A stretch of 64,000 nucleotides of DNA from an uncultured virus (IMG/VR IMGVR_UViG_3300042307_001070) (taxonomy: Duplodnaviria; Heunggongvirae; Uroviricota; Caudoviricetes): the IMG/VR virus record IMGVR_UViG_3300042307_001070; one strand, given 5' to 3'. A program made the translations under genes and the position numbers. Below are positions 10,758 through 20,974 of the stretch, piece after piece (the first letter of the stretch is position 1; every line of letters starts with the position of its first letter). The notes under the pieces are model-generated. The model did not search any database. It was not told where the DNA came from and was given only the letters and a program-made list of their open reading frames with translations.

Positions 10758-11333
10758 ATGGAACCGAAGTACTCAGAAATATTTAATAAAACCATTTTAA
10801 AATCGGTATCTGAATATTGTAAACTAAACAGTGTTGAAGATGTTGATGGGTTTATTAAAAAATGTTTTGACACCGGATTTAATATTCAGAAATACGGACT
10901 TTTAGGAAAAACGGGTATTGTTGGTGAAAAACAGGTAGAAATTGAGGTAATCCGTGAAATACGGGTGGAAGTACCGGTTGAAGTGATTAAAGAAGTTGAA
11001 AAAATTGTCACAAAAATAGAATATATTAGTGACAAAACAGGTGAAAACGAACTGTTAAGTAAAATTGAACAGTTGGAAGACGAAATGTCTAAAAAGGATA
11101 AAGAATTAGACGAAGTTAGACGTAATTTAGACGTAAACTTAGACATTACCGTAACAAATGATAAGGTAAAAATGTTACAAACAACCATTCAAAACCTTAC
11201 TTCGGAGGTTAGAGAATTAAAAAAGAAAAACGAAGAATTAGAAAAACAATTGTTAGACATACCAAAACAACTTGGCGATATTCCCGCCAAGTTCCACGGT
11301 AGTTCTAACCTAAACGATGATTTATACAAATAA
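10758..11333 (+). CDS. Coiled-coil hypothetical protein
   Basis: VEVIKEVEK low-complexity stretch and coiled coil. Confidence 0.6.
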   Translation: MEPKYSEIFNKTILKSVSEYCKLNSVEDVDGFIKKCFDTGFNIQKYGLLGKTGIVGEKQVEIEVIREIRVEVPVEVIKEVEKIVTKIEYISDKTGENELLSKIEQLEDEMSKKDKELDEVRRNLDVNLDITVTNDKVKMLQTTIQNLTSEVRELKKKNEELEKQLLDIPKQLGDIPAKFHGSSNLNDDLYK

Positions 11334-11334
11334 T

Positions 11335-11685
11335 ATGAACTTAGTAATTTGGGCAATGGTTGCCTACGGAATGACAAACATTTTGGTCTACGGATCAATT
11401 TTTAACGGATTTAGACAATCCATTCACAATTGGGGTAACGACCCATTATCCCCCTTCAACTTCTTAGGTAAGTTCTTATCAGGACTAATCTCTTGTGTTT
11501 TATGTACTGGAACGTGGATTGGTTTTTTCCTATCATTAACTTATTTCTCACCAAATGTTGATATTATTGGACTTAACAAATTTTTATCAGTATTCTTTGA
11601 TGGTATGTTATCTGCCGGTTTAGTATGGGCGATAAATGCGGTGATAGAATGGTTTGAAGAAAATAGACCGAGTAATAATAAATAA
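11335..11685 (+). CDS. Small multi-pass membrane protein (CxxC..W)
   Basis: Three hydrophobic segments; LISCVLCTGTWIG. Confidence 0.6.
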   Translation: MNLVIWAMVAYGMTNILVYGSIFNGFRQSIHNWGNDPLSPFNFLGKFLSGLISCVLCTGTWIGFFLSLTYFSPNVDIIGLNKFLSVFFDGMLSAGLVWAINAVIEWFEENRPSNNK

Positions 11686-11699
11686 AACAAAACAAAAAA

Positions 11700-11954
11700 A
11701 TGGGAAAAGCAGCAAAGGCTCATAGAGCGAAAGTGGCGAAAAGAAACGTCAATGTTAAAGTACAAGAAAAGAGAATGCAAAAAGTTTGGCAAGAGGCTTT
11801 TGAAGAACAAATGAATGTTATGAAAGAGAAATTTGCAGCAATGTCGGGCGATACGATGTCAGGATTAACAGGATTATTTGGAGATGAGCAAGAAGAAACA
11901 ATACAGGAAGAATCCGAACCAGCAGAACCTATTTCAGGAGATCAAACCGTTTAA
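11700..11954 (+). CDS. Hypothetical protein
   Basis: Basic N-terminus, acidic C-terminus. Confidence 0.55.
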   Translation: MGKAAKAHRAKVAKRNVNVKVQEKRMQKVWQEAFEEQMNVMKEKFAAMSGDTMSGLTGLFGDEQEETIQEESEPAEPISGDQTV

Positions 11955-11964
11955 TTATACAACA

Positions 11965-14298
11965 ATGACAAAAGAAATAGACTTTTCAAAGTTTGAAAAC
12001 CCCAACATCCAAGTTGTGTGGGAAGATTACAATGAAAATTTTACTCAAGACAGGATCAAAAGTGTTAAACACTATTTTCAAAAAAAATATAACACAACTA
12101 ATGTAAACGTCATAACAAAGGCTAAAGTTCAGAAAGAAGACGGAGAACAAACGGTAGATGTGTCTGTAAATATTATGGACACAAACTACCAAGTAGAACT
12201 ACTTAAACAGTTTCTAACAAGTAAAAATTACGACAAACACTTGGATGAGATTTTGAATCATAATAAAATGGTTGAAAATAAAATGCAAGAAACTGAAACG
12301 GATAGTGCGGTGTTTAAAAAGTGGTATATTAAAAATATTGAGTTTTCAAACTTCCTTTCATATGGAGAGAACCAAGTCGTTGATTTTGAAAAAAGTAATG
12401 GACTAACGGTTATTGAGTCTAATCCACCAAACTTCGGTGGTAAAACTGTATTGTCAGTGGATCTATTATTGTTTTTATTCTTTAACGAAACAACAAAAAC
12501 AACAAAAGCGGAAGAGATATTTAACCGGTTTACAGATAAAGATAAAGTGACTGTTAAGGGTGAAATCATCATCGACGGTGAGGAATACATCATCGTAAGA
12601 AACATTGAAAGAAAGTTATCCAAAAAAGGTGAATGGAACGTTAAAACGGAATTGGACTTCTTTAAAAAAATGGCTGATGGAACCTTACAAAACTTTACCG
12701 GAGAACAAAGAAGAGAAACGGAAAAATTCATTAAAGATTCGATCGGAACAAAAGAAGACTTCTTAATGACAATCCTTACAACGGCAACGAACCTTGAAGA
12801 ATTAATAGACTCCAAACCAACGGCAAGAGGTCAGGTACTTTCGCGTTTTATGGGTCTTGATTTTTTAAGAAGAAAAGAGGACGCAGCAAAGTCAATCTAT
12901 TCTGATTTTTCAAAATCAATGTTATCAAACATCTATAACACAGAACAGTTAAAAACGGATAACGAAAATAACGAAACAAAAATCACCGAATTGAGAGATA
13001 ATCTCAAAACGTACAAAGATGATCTTAAAACCATCGAAGAAAACATCGTAAAGGGTAAGGACTATCGAGACGATATGTTAAGAAAAAAACATACCGACAT
13101 TGATGTTGAAATAAGTAGATTAAACCCAAGTCAAGTTAGACAAGAAATTGAAAATCACGAGTACCAGGTTGAACAAACAAAAACGAAACTTAATGAACTT
13201 AACGTCGTTGAACCAAAAGAGTACTACAAAGAGGATGAGCACGATAAGGTAAAAGAAGAATATAATGTTGCGTTTAAAGAGAAAGTTCAGTTGGATACAA
13301 AAATCTCTGAGATTGAGAAATTAAGATCTTCTGTTAAAGACGGGATCAAATGTGAGCACTGCGGAATTGACTTGATGAATGCTAGTATTACACAACAAAA
13401 AATATCTGAACTTGATGGTTATATTAGTCAAAAAGGGGAAAAAGAGGGGTTAATGACTGTTTTAACAAGCAAAGAAAAAAGATTTGTTGATATTAAAAGA
13501 CAATTTGATGAGTATGAGAAAAACAAACTAATCAAAGAAAAACACGAAGCAACAATTGAGAACTATCAGTTGAAAATAGGTGGACTTCAGACAAAACTTA
13601 CAGAATATGATAAGATGTTGGATAAAATCAAGGCTAACGAACATATCGATACGATGTTGATCAAAGCGAATATGAGGTTGGAAGATTTGGATAGACAAAA
13701 AACTCAAAAACAAAATCAGATTAATAATGATGAGTATTCAATTAAAACGTTAGAAGAAAAAATCAAAACAAACCTGAATAACATTATTAAAATTGCTGAA
13801 GAACAAGAAAAAGAAAAAATATATAAGATTTTCTTGGAAGCATACGGTAAAAACGGAATCTCAAAGATCATTATGAAAACAATGATTCCACTTATTAATT
13901 CGGAACTTCAAAGATTGATGGAGGAGAGTGCGTATTTCAAACTACAAATACAAATCAACGATAAAAATGAGGTTGAGTTTAATATGATTGATAACGGAAC
14001 GGGTATTGAAAAACTTATGGCTTCGGGATCAGGGTATGAAAGAACAATAGCGTCATTGGCATTAAGATCGGTATTAAGTAAGATATGTAGTTTGCCAAAA
14101 CCAAATATTGTAGTTTTTGATGAAATATTTGGTAAGATCTCAAATGATAATTTGGAGATGGTGCATAGTTTCTTTGTTGCCATTAAAGACTTCTTTCCTA
14201 CCATTTTACTTATCAGTCATAACCCGATAGTGAATAATTGGGGGGATAACACAATAAAAATCGTAAAAGAGGACAATATTTCAAAAGTTTTTCAGTAA
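11965..14298 (+). CDS. SbcC/Rad50/gp46-like SMC ATPase
   Basis: IEFSNFLSYG, NFGGKT Walker A, CEHC zinc hook, SGYE signature, VVFDE Walker B, ISH; likely start MTKEID. Confidence 0.88.
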   Translation: MTKEIDFSKFENPNIQVVWEDYNENFTQDRIKSVKHYFQKKYNTTNVNVITKAKVQKEDGEQTVDVSVNIMDTNYQVELLKQFLTSKNYDKHLDEILNHNKMVENKMQETETDSAVFKKWYIKNIEFSNFLSYGENQVVDFEKSNGLTVIESNPPNFGGKTVLSVDLLLFLFFNETTKTTKAEEIFNRFTDKDKVTVKGEIIIDGEEYIIVRNIERKLSKKGEWNVKTELDFFKKMADGTLQNFTGEQRRETEKFIKDSIGTKEDFLMTILTTATNLEELIDSKPTARGQVLSRFMGLDFLRRKEDAAKSIYSDFSKSMLSNIYNTEQLKTDNENNETKITELRDNLKTYKDDLKTIEENIVKGKDYRDDMLRKKHTDIDVEISRLNPSQVRQEIENHEYQVEQTKTKLNELNVVEPKEYYKEDEHDKVKEEYNVAFKEKVQLDTKISEIEKLRSSVKDGIKCEHCGIDLMNASITQQKISELDGYISQKGEKEGLMTVLTSKEKRFVDIKRQFDEYEKNKLIKEKHEATIENYQLKIGGLQTKLTEYDKMLDKIKANEHIDTMLIKANMRLEDLDRQKTQKQNQINNDEYSIKTLEEKIKTNLNNIIKIAEEQEKEKIYKIFLEAYGKNGISKIIMKTMIPLINSELQRLMEESAYFKLQIQINDKNEVEFNMIDNGTGIEKLMASGSGYERTIASLALRSVLSKICSLPKPNIVVFDEIFGKISNDNLEMVHSFFVAIKDFFPTILLISHNPIVNNWGDNTIKIVKEDNISKVFQ

Positions 14299-14337
14299 AA
14301 GTGAAACCAATTTGAATTTTATACGTATCTTTGTAAT

Positions 14338-14871
14338 ATGAGAACAAAAGAAGAGTGGGAAAACAGATATCAGTGCGTTAAAAGACTTATGTCTGTTATG
14401 GATACACTTTCTGAAGATTTTGAAGGTAACGATAGAATTTTAGAAACATGTGCAACCATGTTAAGAAATCCCGTTATATTTGATAATAATGTTAAGGTAG
14501 TCAAAACAAGGCTACCTTATTCTATTGAAAATATGAATCAAGAAACTGAGGACCATTTAATTGGTATTAGTAACATTGTATTATACATATACAAAAGAAA
14601 GTTACATAATAAGTGGAATAATGTTGAAGACTTTAAAAAAACATTAAAGGCGTTGAATGTATTATTACCGATAGAAAAAAGTTTGAATAATAGTAAAGTT
14701 TTTAAACACCAGTGGAGTTTTAGTTATGATGATATTGAATCATGTATTATGTGGGACAAAAAATTGGAGTCCGTAGGTATAACAGAATTGATATGTGACG
14801 AAACAAATGAAAAGGTTTCTGTAACAAAAATTAGAGAGACTTGGTATAAAGAAAACGAAGAATATTTATAA
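14338..14871 (+). CDS. Hypothetical protein heading the R-M-like island
   Basis: ORF directly after a TATCTTTG promoter element. Confidence 0.6.
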   Translation: MRTKEEWENRYQCVKRLMSVMDTLSEDFEGNDRILETCATMLRNPVIFDNNVKVVKTRLPYSIENMNQETEDHLIGISNIVLYIYKRKLHNKWNNVEDFKKTLKALNVLLPIEKSLNNSKVFKHQWSFSYDDIESCIMWDKKLESVGITELICDETNEKVSVTKIRETWYKENEEYL

Positions 14872-14883
14872 AAAATAATTAGA

Positions 14884-16374
14884 ATGAAAAAATTAACACT
14901 AACAGGACAAACGTTAAATCAATTGTACAAATCTGTAGTTGAAAAAGACGTTGAAAACAGTTATAGACAATTTTTATCTACAAGAATTTCAGATATGGTT
15001 TTTACGTCTCCATATTTGTGTGATGGTTTTGGTGTTTCAGAAAAGTATAAAATAAGAATACTTTGTGAATTTAAAAAAGACGCCGATTTTAGGAAAAAAA
15101 TAGACAGAGTACAGGCACTATGTCAAGTTGTTGGTTACATAAAAAAATTCACAATAGATGCTATAAAAATACCTAATGTTGTTTTAATTGGTGATAGAAA
15201 TGAATGGTTTGTTTTACACGTCAATGAAATATTTAATTACTTAAACTTAGATATTGATTGGAAAATTGCACCATCAGACGCTTACAAAAATCAAGTTTTG
15301 TTTAATGCTTTAATGGAAGACGATAAAATTAATCCATTTGTTTTTGATGTTACTGAAATAGATCAAGTGGTTGATAAAATAAAAGACTTAGCAAAAAACG
15401 TTACAAGATTAATACCTATTACTCCACAAAATATTACTGAAGTATTTTTGTATTTTGAAAAAAACGTCTTAGGAAAAAATAAACTTACAACAAATGAACT
15501 TGCTAATTTATTTGTTCAGATTTTAATTAATCCTGACGATAATTACTTACATCCGGTTAAAAAAAGGAAGACTATTGTCACAAAATCGTTTAATGAAGTT
15601 CCGGTAAAAACAAGGGACTCGTTTAGTTCGTTTTTTAGTCACTTCGCTAATGAGTATAGTCCTACACAAAAAGAAGGTCTTACTGCGGTTGTTGACAGAT
15701 TAATACAAGACGTTACAAGACGTAAACAAGGTGAATTTTTTACACCGACAATATGGGTAGATAAAGCACACGAATATATAGCATCTGTTTATGGTGACGA
15801 TTGGAAAGAAAAATATGTAGTTTGGGATCCAGCTTGGGGTACCGGTAATCTTACTCGTGATTATAAATTTAAGGAGTTATATGTATCGACATTAAATTAT
15901 TCTGACATTCAGACTGCGGACCAAATGAGTTATAATATGGGAGCAACAAAGTTTCAATATGATTTTTTGAATGATGATTATGATTTCTTGCCAAAGGGTT
16001 TGAGGGGGGCTATTGAGAGTGGAAAAGAGATTATTGCGTTGATGAATCCACCATATAAATTTTCGGGTAATGGTACGGGTAAAGGAGGGGTATTTGAATT
16101 ACAAAATGTGACCCAAAAAGAAATGAAAGATAAAAATTTTGGAAAATCAGCAAATCAAATGTATCTCCAATTTTTATATAGGTTAAGTAATATGGGTAAA
16201 ATACATTTATTATTTTTTTCAAATCCCACATTTTTAACTGGTTCAGGGTATTCTGTGTTTCGGGGGTTTTTTTTAAATAAATACGAATTTAAAAAAGGAT
16301 TTATGATGAATGCTAAAGAATTTGAAGGAACTAAAGAATGGGGTTTAACTTTTTCAATTTTTAATAAAAAATAA
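14884..16374 (+). CDS. Type IIG-like restriction-modification protein (nuclease-like N-term + N6-adenine MTase)
   Basis: CDGF..CEFK PD-(D/E)XK-like motif; GEFFTP, WDPAWGTG, NPPY gamma-class MTase motifs. Confidence 0.75.
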   Translation: MKKLTLTGQTLNQLYKSVVEKDVENSYRQFLSTRISDMVFTSPYLCDGFGVSEKYKIRILCEFKKDADFRKKIDRVQALCQVVGYIKKFTIDAIKIPNVVLIGDRNEWFVLHVNEIFNYLNLDIDWKIAPSDAYKNQVLFNALMEDDKINPFVFDVTEIDQVVDKIKDLAKNVTRLIPITPQNITEVFLYFEKNVLGKNKLTTNELANLFVQILINPDDNYLHPVKKRKTIVTKSFNEVPVKTRDSFSSFFSHFANEYSPTQKEGLTAVVDRLIQDVTRRKQGEFFTPTIWVDKAHEYIASVYGDDWKEKYVVWDPAWGTGNLTRDYKFKELYVSTLNYSDIQTADQMSYNMGATKFQYDFLNDDYDFLPKGLRGAIESGKEIIALMNPPYKFSGNGTGKGGVFELQNVTQKEMKDKNFGKSANQMYLQFLYRLSNMGKIHLLFFSNPTFLTGSGYSVFRGFFLNKYEFKKGFMMNAKEFEGTKEWGLTFSIFNKK

Positions 16375-16375
16375 T

Positions 16376-17179
16376 ATGATAAATTTTGATATCTTGAAAT
16401 CAAACGATAAGTTTGAAATTGAAAATTTAGGGGTAATTACATTATACGATACGGATAATCTAAATCCATTATCCGGATTTATTAAAAACACAAATTCTAC
16501 AGAATTTTTTAAAATGAGTTTTGATAGTAATAATGTTTATAATAGTGGTCAAGGGGTCTATTTATTTAATACTATAGATAAAAATAACAAACGCAAAGTT
16601 AAAGTTGGTGGGGACAATTTTGGTGACGCTATGGTTGGATTTACTGCTAGAAAATTAATACCATTTACGTGGGTTAATGAATATTCTGAATATTTAAAAC
16701 CTAACGTTGAAAATAAACAGTATGCGAATTTCAAAAATAATTCTGTTATTTATAGTCTTTTTAATTCTCAAAATTTGTTACAACCTAAAAACGAATTCTT
16801 TTGGATGTCAAAAGAAAAAATGATGGAAATGGCAAATAACATTAACTACACCGAATTATACAACGACGCAAGAACCGATAATAACAGGTACGTACATAAC
16901 CTACTATTCGGTGAAGAAAACATTTATGAACAACTATCACCTGATGCTAAACTTGTATTGGATAAGGCTACAGAATTAACCATAAGGTCAATGACGATGA
17001 GAAGTCACTTCGCTGACAACCACAATCACCTTAATAGTTGGGATGCTGGTTACGCACAACTTAAATTGGTATGGAAAGAATATTTTCCAAATGAGTTTAA
17101 AGAATTTAGACAACTTTATAAGAACTTGGAAGACAGAATGAGACCTTTAGTAAATGAACTTGGATTTTTATTAAAATAA
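16376..17179 (+). CDS. Putative specificity/C-terminal partner of the preceding MTase
   Basis: Starts 1 nt after the MTase stop; the MTase ends soon after its catalytic motifs, leaving no room for a target-recognition domain. Confidence 0.5.
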   Translation: MINFDILKSNDKFEIENLGVITLYDTDNLNPLSGFIKNTNSTEFFKMSFDSNNVYNSGQGVYLFNTIDKNNKRKVKVGGDNFGDAMVGFTARKLIPFTWVNEYSEYLKPNVENKQYANFKNNSVIYSLFNSQNLLQPKNEFFWMSKEKMMEMANNINYTELYNDARTDNNRYVHNLLFGEENIYEQLSPDAKLVLDKATELTIRSMTMRSHFADNHNHLNSWDAGYAQLKLVWKEYFPNEFKEFRQLYKNLEDRMRPLVNELGFLLK

Positions 17180-17237
17180 TATGTACGGAATAACAAAAAA
17201 AATACTTATATTTGTAAAACAATTTAAAAACATATTT

Positions 17238-17822
17238 ATGGCTAGACAGAGAAAAGTAACAAAACCCCAAGATAAGAGGTATATGTTATTTTTATATGGT
17301 GATTTTAGTGATGGTGATGAGTTAACAAACGAGATCAGCATGCAGTTTGTACCAGCAGTATCTTCTGAATTTTTAAAATTCACTTATGGTGAGTTTGGTG
17401 TTGTATTACACTTTAGAACTAAAGAACCGTTTGAGGACCTTAAAGACTATGTTGATATGGTGTTTAACGATATTACCGAACAATATTTCTTGGTTGAAGT
17501 ATCGGGAGATGTTGATATTAAAATGCCAAGAAAACTTAAAAAAGACTTTTTAAATATAGACGGAGACATAAAGAAAGAAGAACCAAAAACAGGAGGGATA
17601 AAAGTAGATGAAGTAAGAGACGATAGAAACCGAGACATTAAGAATATGTCGTTTGATATATTCTTACCAATGTTTGACCCCACCTCACCCTTTAATAAGG
17701 TACAAGAAGAGGTATTACCAACAGTGGATGAAATTTTAGAGAAGATAACAGAGACAGGAATTGAATCATTAACAGAGAAAGAAAGAGAAATATTAGACAA
17801 TTATGGAAAAAACAAAAAGTGA
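17238..17822 (+). CDS. Hypothetical protein with C-terminal DUF6576-like helix pair
   Basis: VDEILEKITETGIESLTEKEREIL. Confidence 0.55.
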   Translation: MARQRKVTKPQDKRYMLFLYGDFSDGDELTNEISMQFVPAVSSEFLKFTYGEFGVVLHFRTKEPFEDLKDYVDMVFNDITEQYFLVEVSGDVDIKMPRKLKKDFLNIDGDIKKEEPKTGGIKVDEVRDDRNRDIKNMSFDIFLPMFDPTSPFNKVQEEVLPTVDEILEKITETGIESLTEKEREILDNYGKNKK

Positions 17823-18618
17823 GAACGTTAAATCGTCAAACCCTTTGAATCAAGATGAGATTCAGATTTATTTAAAAGACATTAGAAAACTAAAGGTTAT
17901 GACACCTGATCGTGAGAAAGTCTTGGCACAAAAAATTGCGTCAGAGGACTGTACCGAACGAGAGAAAGAACAAATCCAAAAGGAGATGTTGGAAGGAAAC
18001 CTTCGTTTTGTTATCACGGTGGCAAAACAATACCAAAATCAAGGGGTTGATTTATCGGACTTAATTGCTGAAGGTAACTTTGGTCTTATGAAAGCAATTA
18101 AAAACTTTGATTGGAGTAAAAATAACCGATTCATATCATATGCTGTATGGTGGATTAAACAATCCATTTTGCAATCCCTTAATGAGCATTCAAGAACAAT
18201 TCGTCTTCCGGTTAATGTTGTTCAGGATATGCAAAGAGAAAAGAAAGAGAATGAAAAGACAAATAAAGAATTGTCTGACAAATTCGCAACCCTACCAAAA
18301 ATGATTGATCTTGATATGCACATCAACGAAGATGGGGACACCTTGATTGATATCATCAAAAATGAAAACGTGGAATCACCTGACGCTATATTCTCAACAA
18401 AAGATCTTTTAAAGGATAAGATGATGAATATTATGGGTGTTTTGGATGAAAGAGAAAGAGTGATCGTTGAAGATTATTATGGAATTACCGGAACACCAAG
18501 AACATTGGAAGATATTGGATCTGACTTTTCTTTAACAAAAGAACGTGTAAGACAAATTAAAGAGAAAGCTCTTCGTAAGTTAAGAAACGAATGTTCGGAT
18601 TTATTTGAATATTTATGA
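17803..18618 (+). CDS. RNA polymerase sigma-70 factor (RpoD-like)
   Basis: NLRFVITVAKQY, DLIAEGNFGLMKA, FISYAVWWIKQ, RTIRLP, TKERVRQIKEKALRKL. Confidence 0.93.
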   Translation: MEKTKSENVKSSNPLNQDEIQIYLKDIRKLKVMTPDREKVLAQKIASEDCTEREKEQIQKEMLEGNLRFVITVAKQYQNQGVDLSDLIAEGNFGLMKAIKNFDWSKNNRFISYAVWWIKQSILQSLNEHSRTIRLPVNVVQDMQREKKENEKTNKELSDKFATLPKMIDLDMHINEDGDTLIDIIKNENVESPDAIFSTKDLLKDKMMNIMGVLDERERVIVEDYYGITGTPRTLEDIGSDFSLTKERVRQIKEKALRKLRNECSDLFEYL

Positions 18619-18705
18619 TAAAAAATTTGGCGGATTGGAATAAACACCATATATTTGTATAACAAACAAAAAGGGTTAAAATTCACCGATTAATTATAGG
18701 TGATG

Positions 18706-18796
18706 GGTTAAGTAGAAGTGATTTAGGAAGAAACGAGCCTAAGTCGATAGGAAGATGGAAGACGATTCAGATACTAATATTCTATCCTACTTAATC
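18706..18796 (+). ncRNA. Candidate small structured RNA (3-way junction)
   Basis: GGTTAAGTAG/CTACTTAATC closing helix with inner helices GATTTAGG/CCTAAGTC and GATAG/CTATC; TATATTTG promoter at ~18650 with no ORF downstream on +. Confidence 0.45.
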
Positions 18797-19168
18797 AACC
18801 CAAATTGTTAGTTGTGGTCTCCCAGAAGTTTCTTTATAGTAAGCCGACTTAACAATCAATAAAAAATTATACGGATCCTCTTCCTTTAATACTACAGGAA
18901 CAAATAAACCTGTTGATCTACTTCTTATAATAATATCCTCATTATCAGAAACCTCATTTAAAATTATCTTACCAGTTAATTCATCAATTGCTAATTCAAT
19001 AAGAGCTTTTATTGTTTTACTTTCAATACCCCTTTCTTTTTGCCTACCTTCAGCATGACTACGATTATCAACTTTAACATCATATGTAATAAAAATTTGA
19101 GAACGTAGTTGGGCAATTCTTTTCTCAAGTAATAAATGTTTTCTAATTGACTCTCTGAGTAGTGACAT
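18791..19168 (-). CDS. Hypothetical protein MSLLRESIRKHLLLE.. (minus strand; track strand is wrong)
   Basis: Reverse complement at 19168 reads ATGTCACTACTCAGAGAG; tta at 18791 is the TAA stop. Confidence 0.75.
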   Translation of the reverse strand: MSLLRESIRKHLLLEKRIAQLRSQIFITYDVKVDNRSHAEGRQKERGIESKTIKALIELAIDELTGKIILNEVSDNEDIIIRSRSTGLFVPVVLKEEDPYNFLLIVKSAYYKETSGRPQLTIWVD

Positions 19169-19215
19169 ATTGATTAATCTTTATTATAAGTATTTATTAA
19201 TTATAGTTTAATAAT

Positions 19216-20409
19216 ATGAAAGAGAAATTTTTACCTTGGTTTTTATTATTTTGTGCTTTAGGGTTGTCAGGGACTGCAGCCTATTATAGTGTTGTCGGAC
19301 TATCAATAGTGTTTGTTGGTGTGGCATTACCCGTTATTATTATGGGAACGTTCCTTGAGATATCAAAGATTGCAATTGCAACATACCTACACGATAAGTG
19401 GAAAGAAACGTATGGTGTGTTAAAGATTTATTTAACCATTGCCCTTGTTACATTATCACTAATAACTTCACTTGGTATATATGGGCTTTTAAGTACTGGA
19501 TTTCAGGGAAACATTGCAAAACTAGAAATCAATGAGAAACAAGTTAAAAATGTTGAGGTCAAAAAGAAACGTTTTGAGGAGATAAAGACCGAATTAACGA
19601 AAGAAAAAACCACACTTGATGGTGATATTACAAAATTAAGAGATGGTCTCTCTAATAACACCACAACACAGTCTGTTGATCGTAAGACAGGTCAATTAAT
19701 CACAAAGGAAAATAATAACAATAGAAAATCATTTGAGTTACAACTAACCCAAGCACAAATAAGAAGAGACACTATAACTAAAAGAATAGATAATATGAAT
19801 GATAGTATAACTAAACTAGATGTTGATATTTTAAATATGGAGTCAGAAGAAATATCAGGAAGTGAGTTAGGTGCTTTAAAATATGTTAGCGAATTACTTG
19901 ATTGGGACGTTAAACGAACCGCAAATCTTTTTATTTTAATTCTGATATTTGTGTTTGATCCATTGGCAATCACATTAGTTATTGCAACAAACCAAGCGTT
20001 TAAAGGAAAAAGAAAAGACAAAAATTCAGAGAGGGACAACAATGTCCCTAACAAAGAAGAGACCATACATGATACAATACATGATACCATACATGATACC
20101 ATACATGATGAGGTTGAAGTAACCGCACAAGATAGTAACCAAGTAAGTGACCAAGTACCGACCAGGTATCGACCAAGTACCGACCAAGTAAAAAGGGTAT
20201 GGGAAAAGGTTAAAAAATTAAAAGAAGAAGGAAAACAAACGAAGGATTACACTCCACAAGAAATGGAGGATTACTTTGAAAGGGAGGATCTGATTGATTT
20301 ACAAAAAATAGAAGAAAAACCAATAGAAGAACCTAAAGTTCAAGTTGAACCTAAACGACTTTCATATTTAAATAGAGATGGTGGATCTTTCAGAATCAAT
20401 AGAATTTAA
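19216..20409 (+). CDS. Membrane protein with long coiled coil
   Basis: Three N-terminal TM segments, coiled coil, TM with FDPLA, IHDT tandem repeat. Confidence 0.7.
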   Translation: MKEKFLPWFLLFCALGLSGTAAYYSVVGLSIVFVGVALPVIIMGTFLEISKIAIATYLHDKWKETYGVLKIYLTIALVTLSLITSLGIYGLLSTGFQGNIAKLEINEKQVKNVEVKKKRFEEIKTELTKEKTTLDGDITKLRDGLSNNTTTQSVDRKTGQLITKENNNNRKSFELQLTQAQIRRDTITKRIDNMNDSITKLDVDILNMESEEISGSELGALKYVSELLDWDVKRTANLFILILIFVFDPLAITLVIATNQAFKGKRKDKNSERDNNVPNKEETIHDTIHDTIHDTIHDEVEVTAQDSNQVSDQVPTRYRPSTDQVKRVWEKVKKLKEEGKQTKDYTPQEMEDYFEREDLIDLQKIEEKPIEEPKVQVEPKRLSYLNRDGGSFRINRI

Positions 20410-20974
20410 ATCAGAAGGGATATCTGAAAAAAAAACACAAATAATACTTTCCGAAACTAAACGGTCAGCTAAAAATTACATAAACTCTTTAAAATATAGG
20501 TATAACAGTAAAAACCCTTATATACCAAACTATGTAATTGATAAAGAAGGTGAAATATATAAGATTTTAGACGATAAAAAGTATTCAAAATACATGGATA
20601 GTGAGGTAGTTAATAAACGGGCCGTTATTGTTGTTTTAGAAAATTACGGTTGGTTATTAAAAAATGCACTTGAAAACACATATGTAAATTATGTTGGTGA
20701 TATTTATAAAAAAGACATATTTAAAAAAAAGTGGAGAGACCACGATTATTGGGATAAATACGAAGAAAAACAAATAAACGTGTTATCCGAACTTTTAAGT
20801 GACATATGTAATAAAATGAATATTGAAAAGGAATGTATTGGAACTAATGTTAGATATAATGAAGTCACAAACTTTAAGGGAATTGTTTCCAAAAGTAACT
20901 ATGATTTCATCTATAAAGACTTAAATCCATCGTTTAACTTTGAATTATTAACAAAACTTTTAAAAAATGAGTAA
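20378..20974 (+). CDS. Amidase_2-like protein, catalytic residues apparently lost
   Basis: IILSET, PNYVIDKEGEI, YEEKQINVLSELL, GIVSKSNY..KDLNP follow the amidase_2 scaffold without the Zn-binding His. Confidence 0.55.
   Translation: MVDLSESIEFKSEGISEKKTQIILSETKRSAKNYINSLKYRYNSKNPYIPNYVIDKEGEIYKILDDKKYSKYMDSEVVNKRAVIVVLENYGWLLKNALENTYVNYVGDIYKKDIFKKKWRDHDYWDKYEEKQINVLSELLSDICNKMNIEKECIGTNVRYNEVTNFKGIVSKSNYDFIYKDLNPSFNFELLTKLLKNE

Noticed and set aside
20062..20190. Short repeats (atacatgatac x4; gaccaagta) as a possible CRISPR array
   Set aside because: In-frame coding repeats without unique spacers; no cas genes
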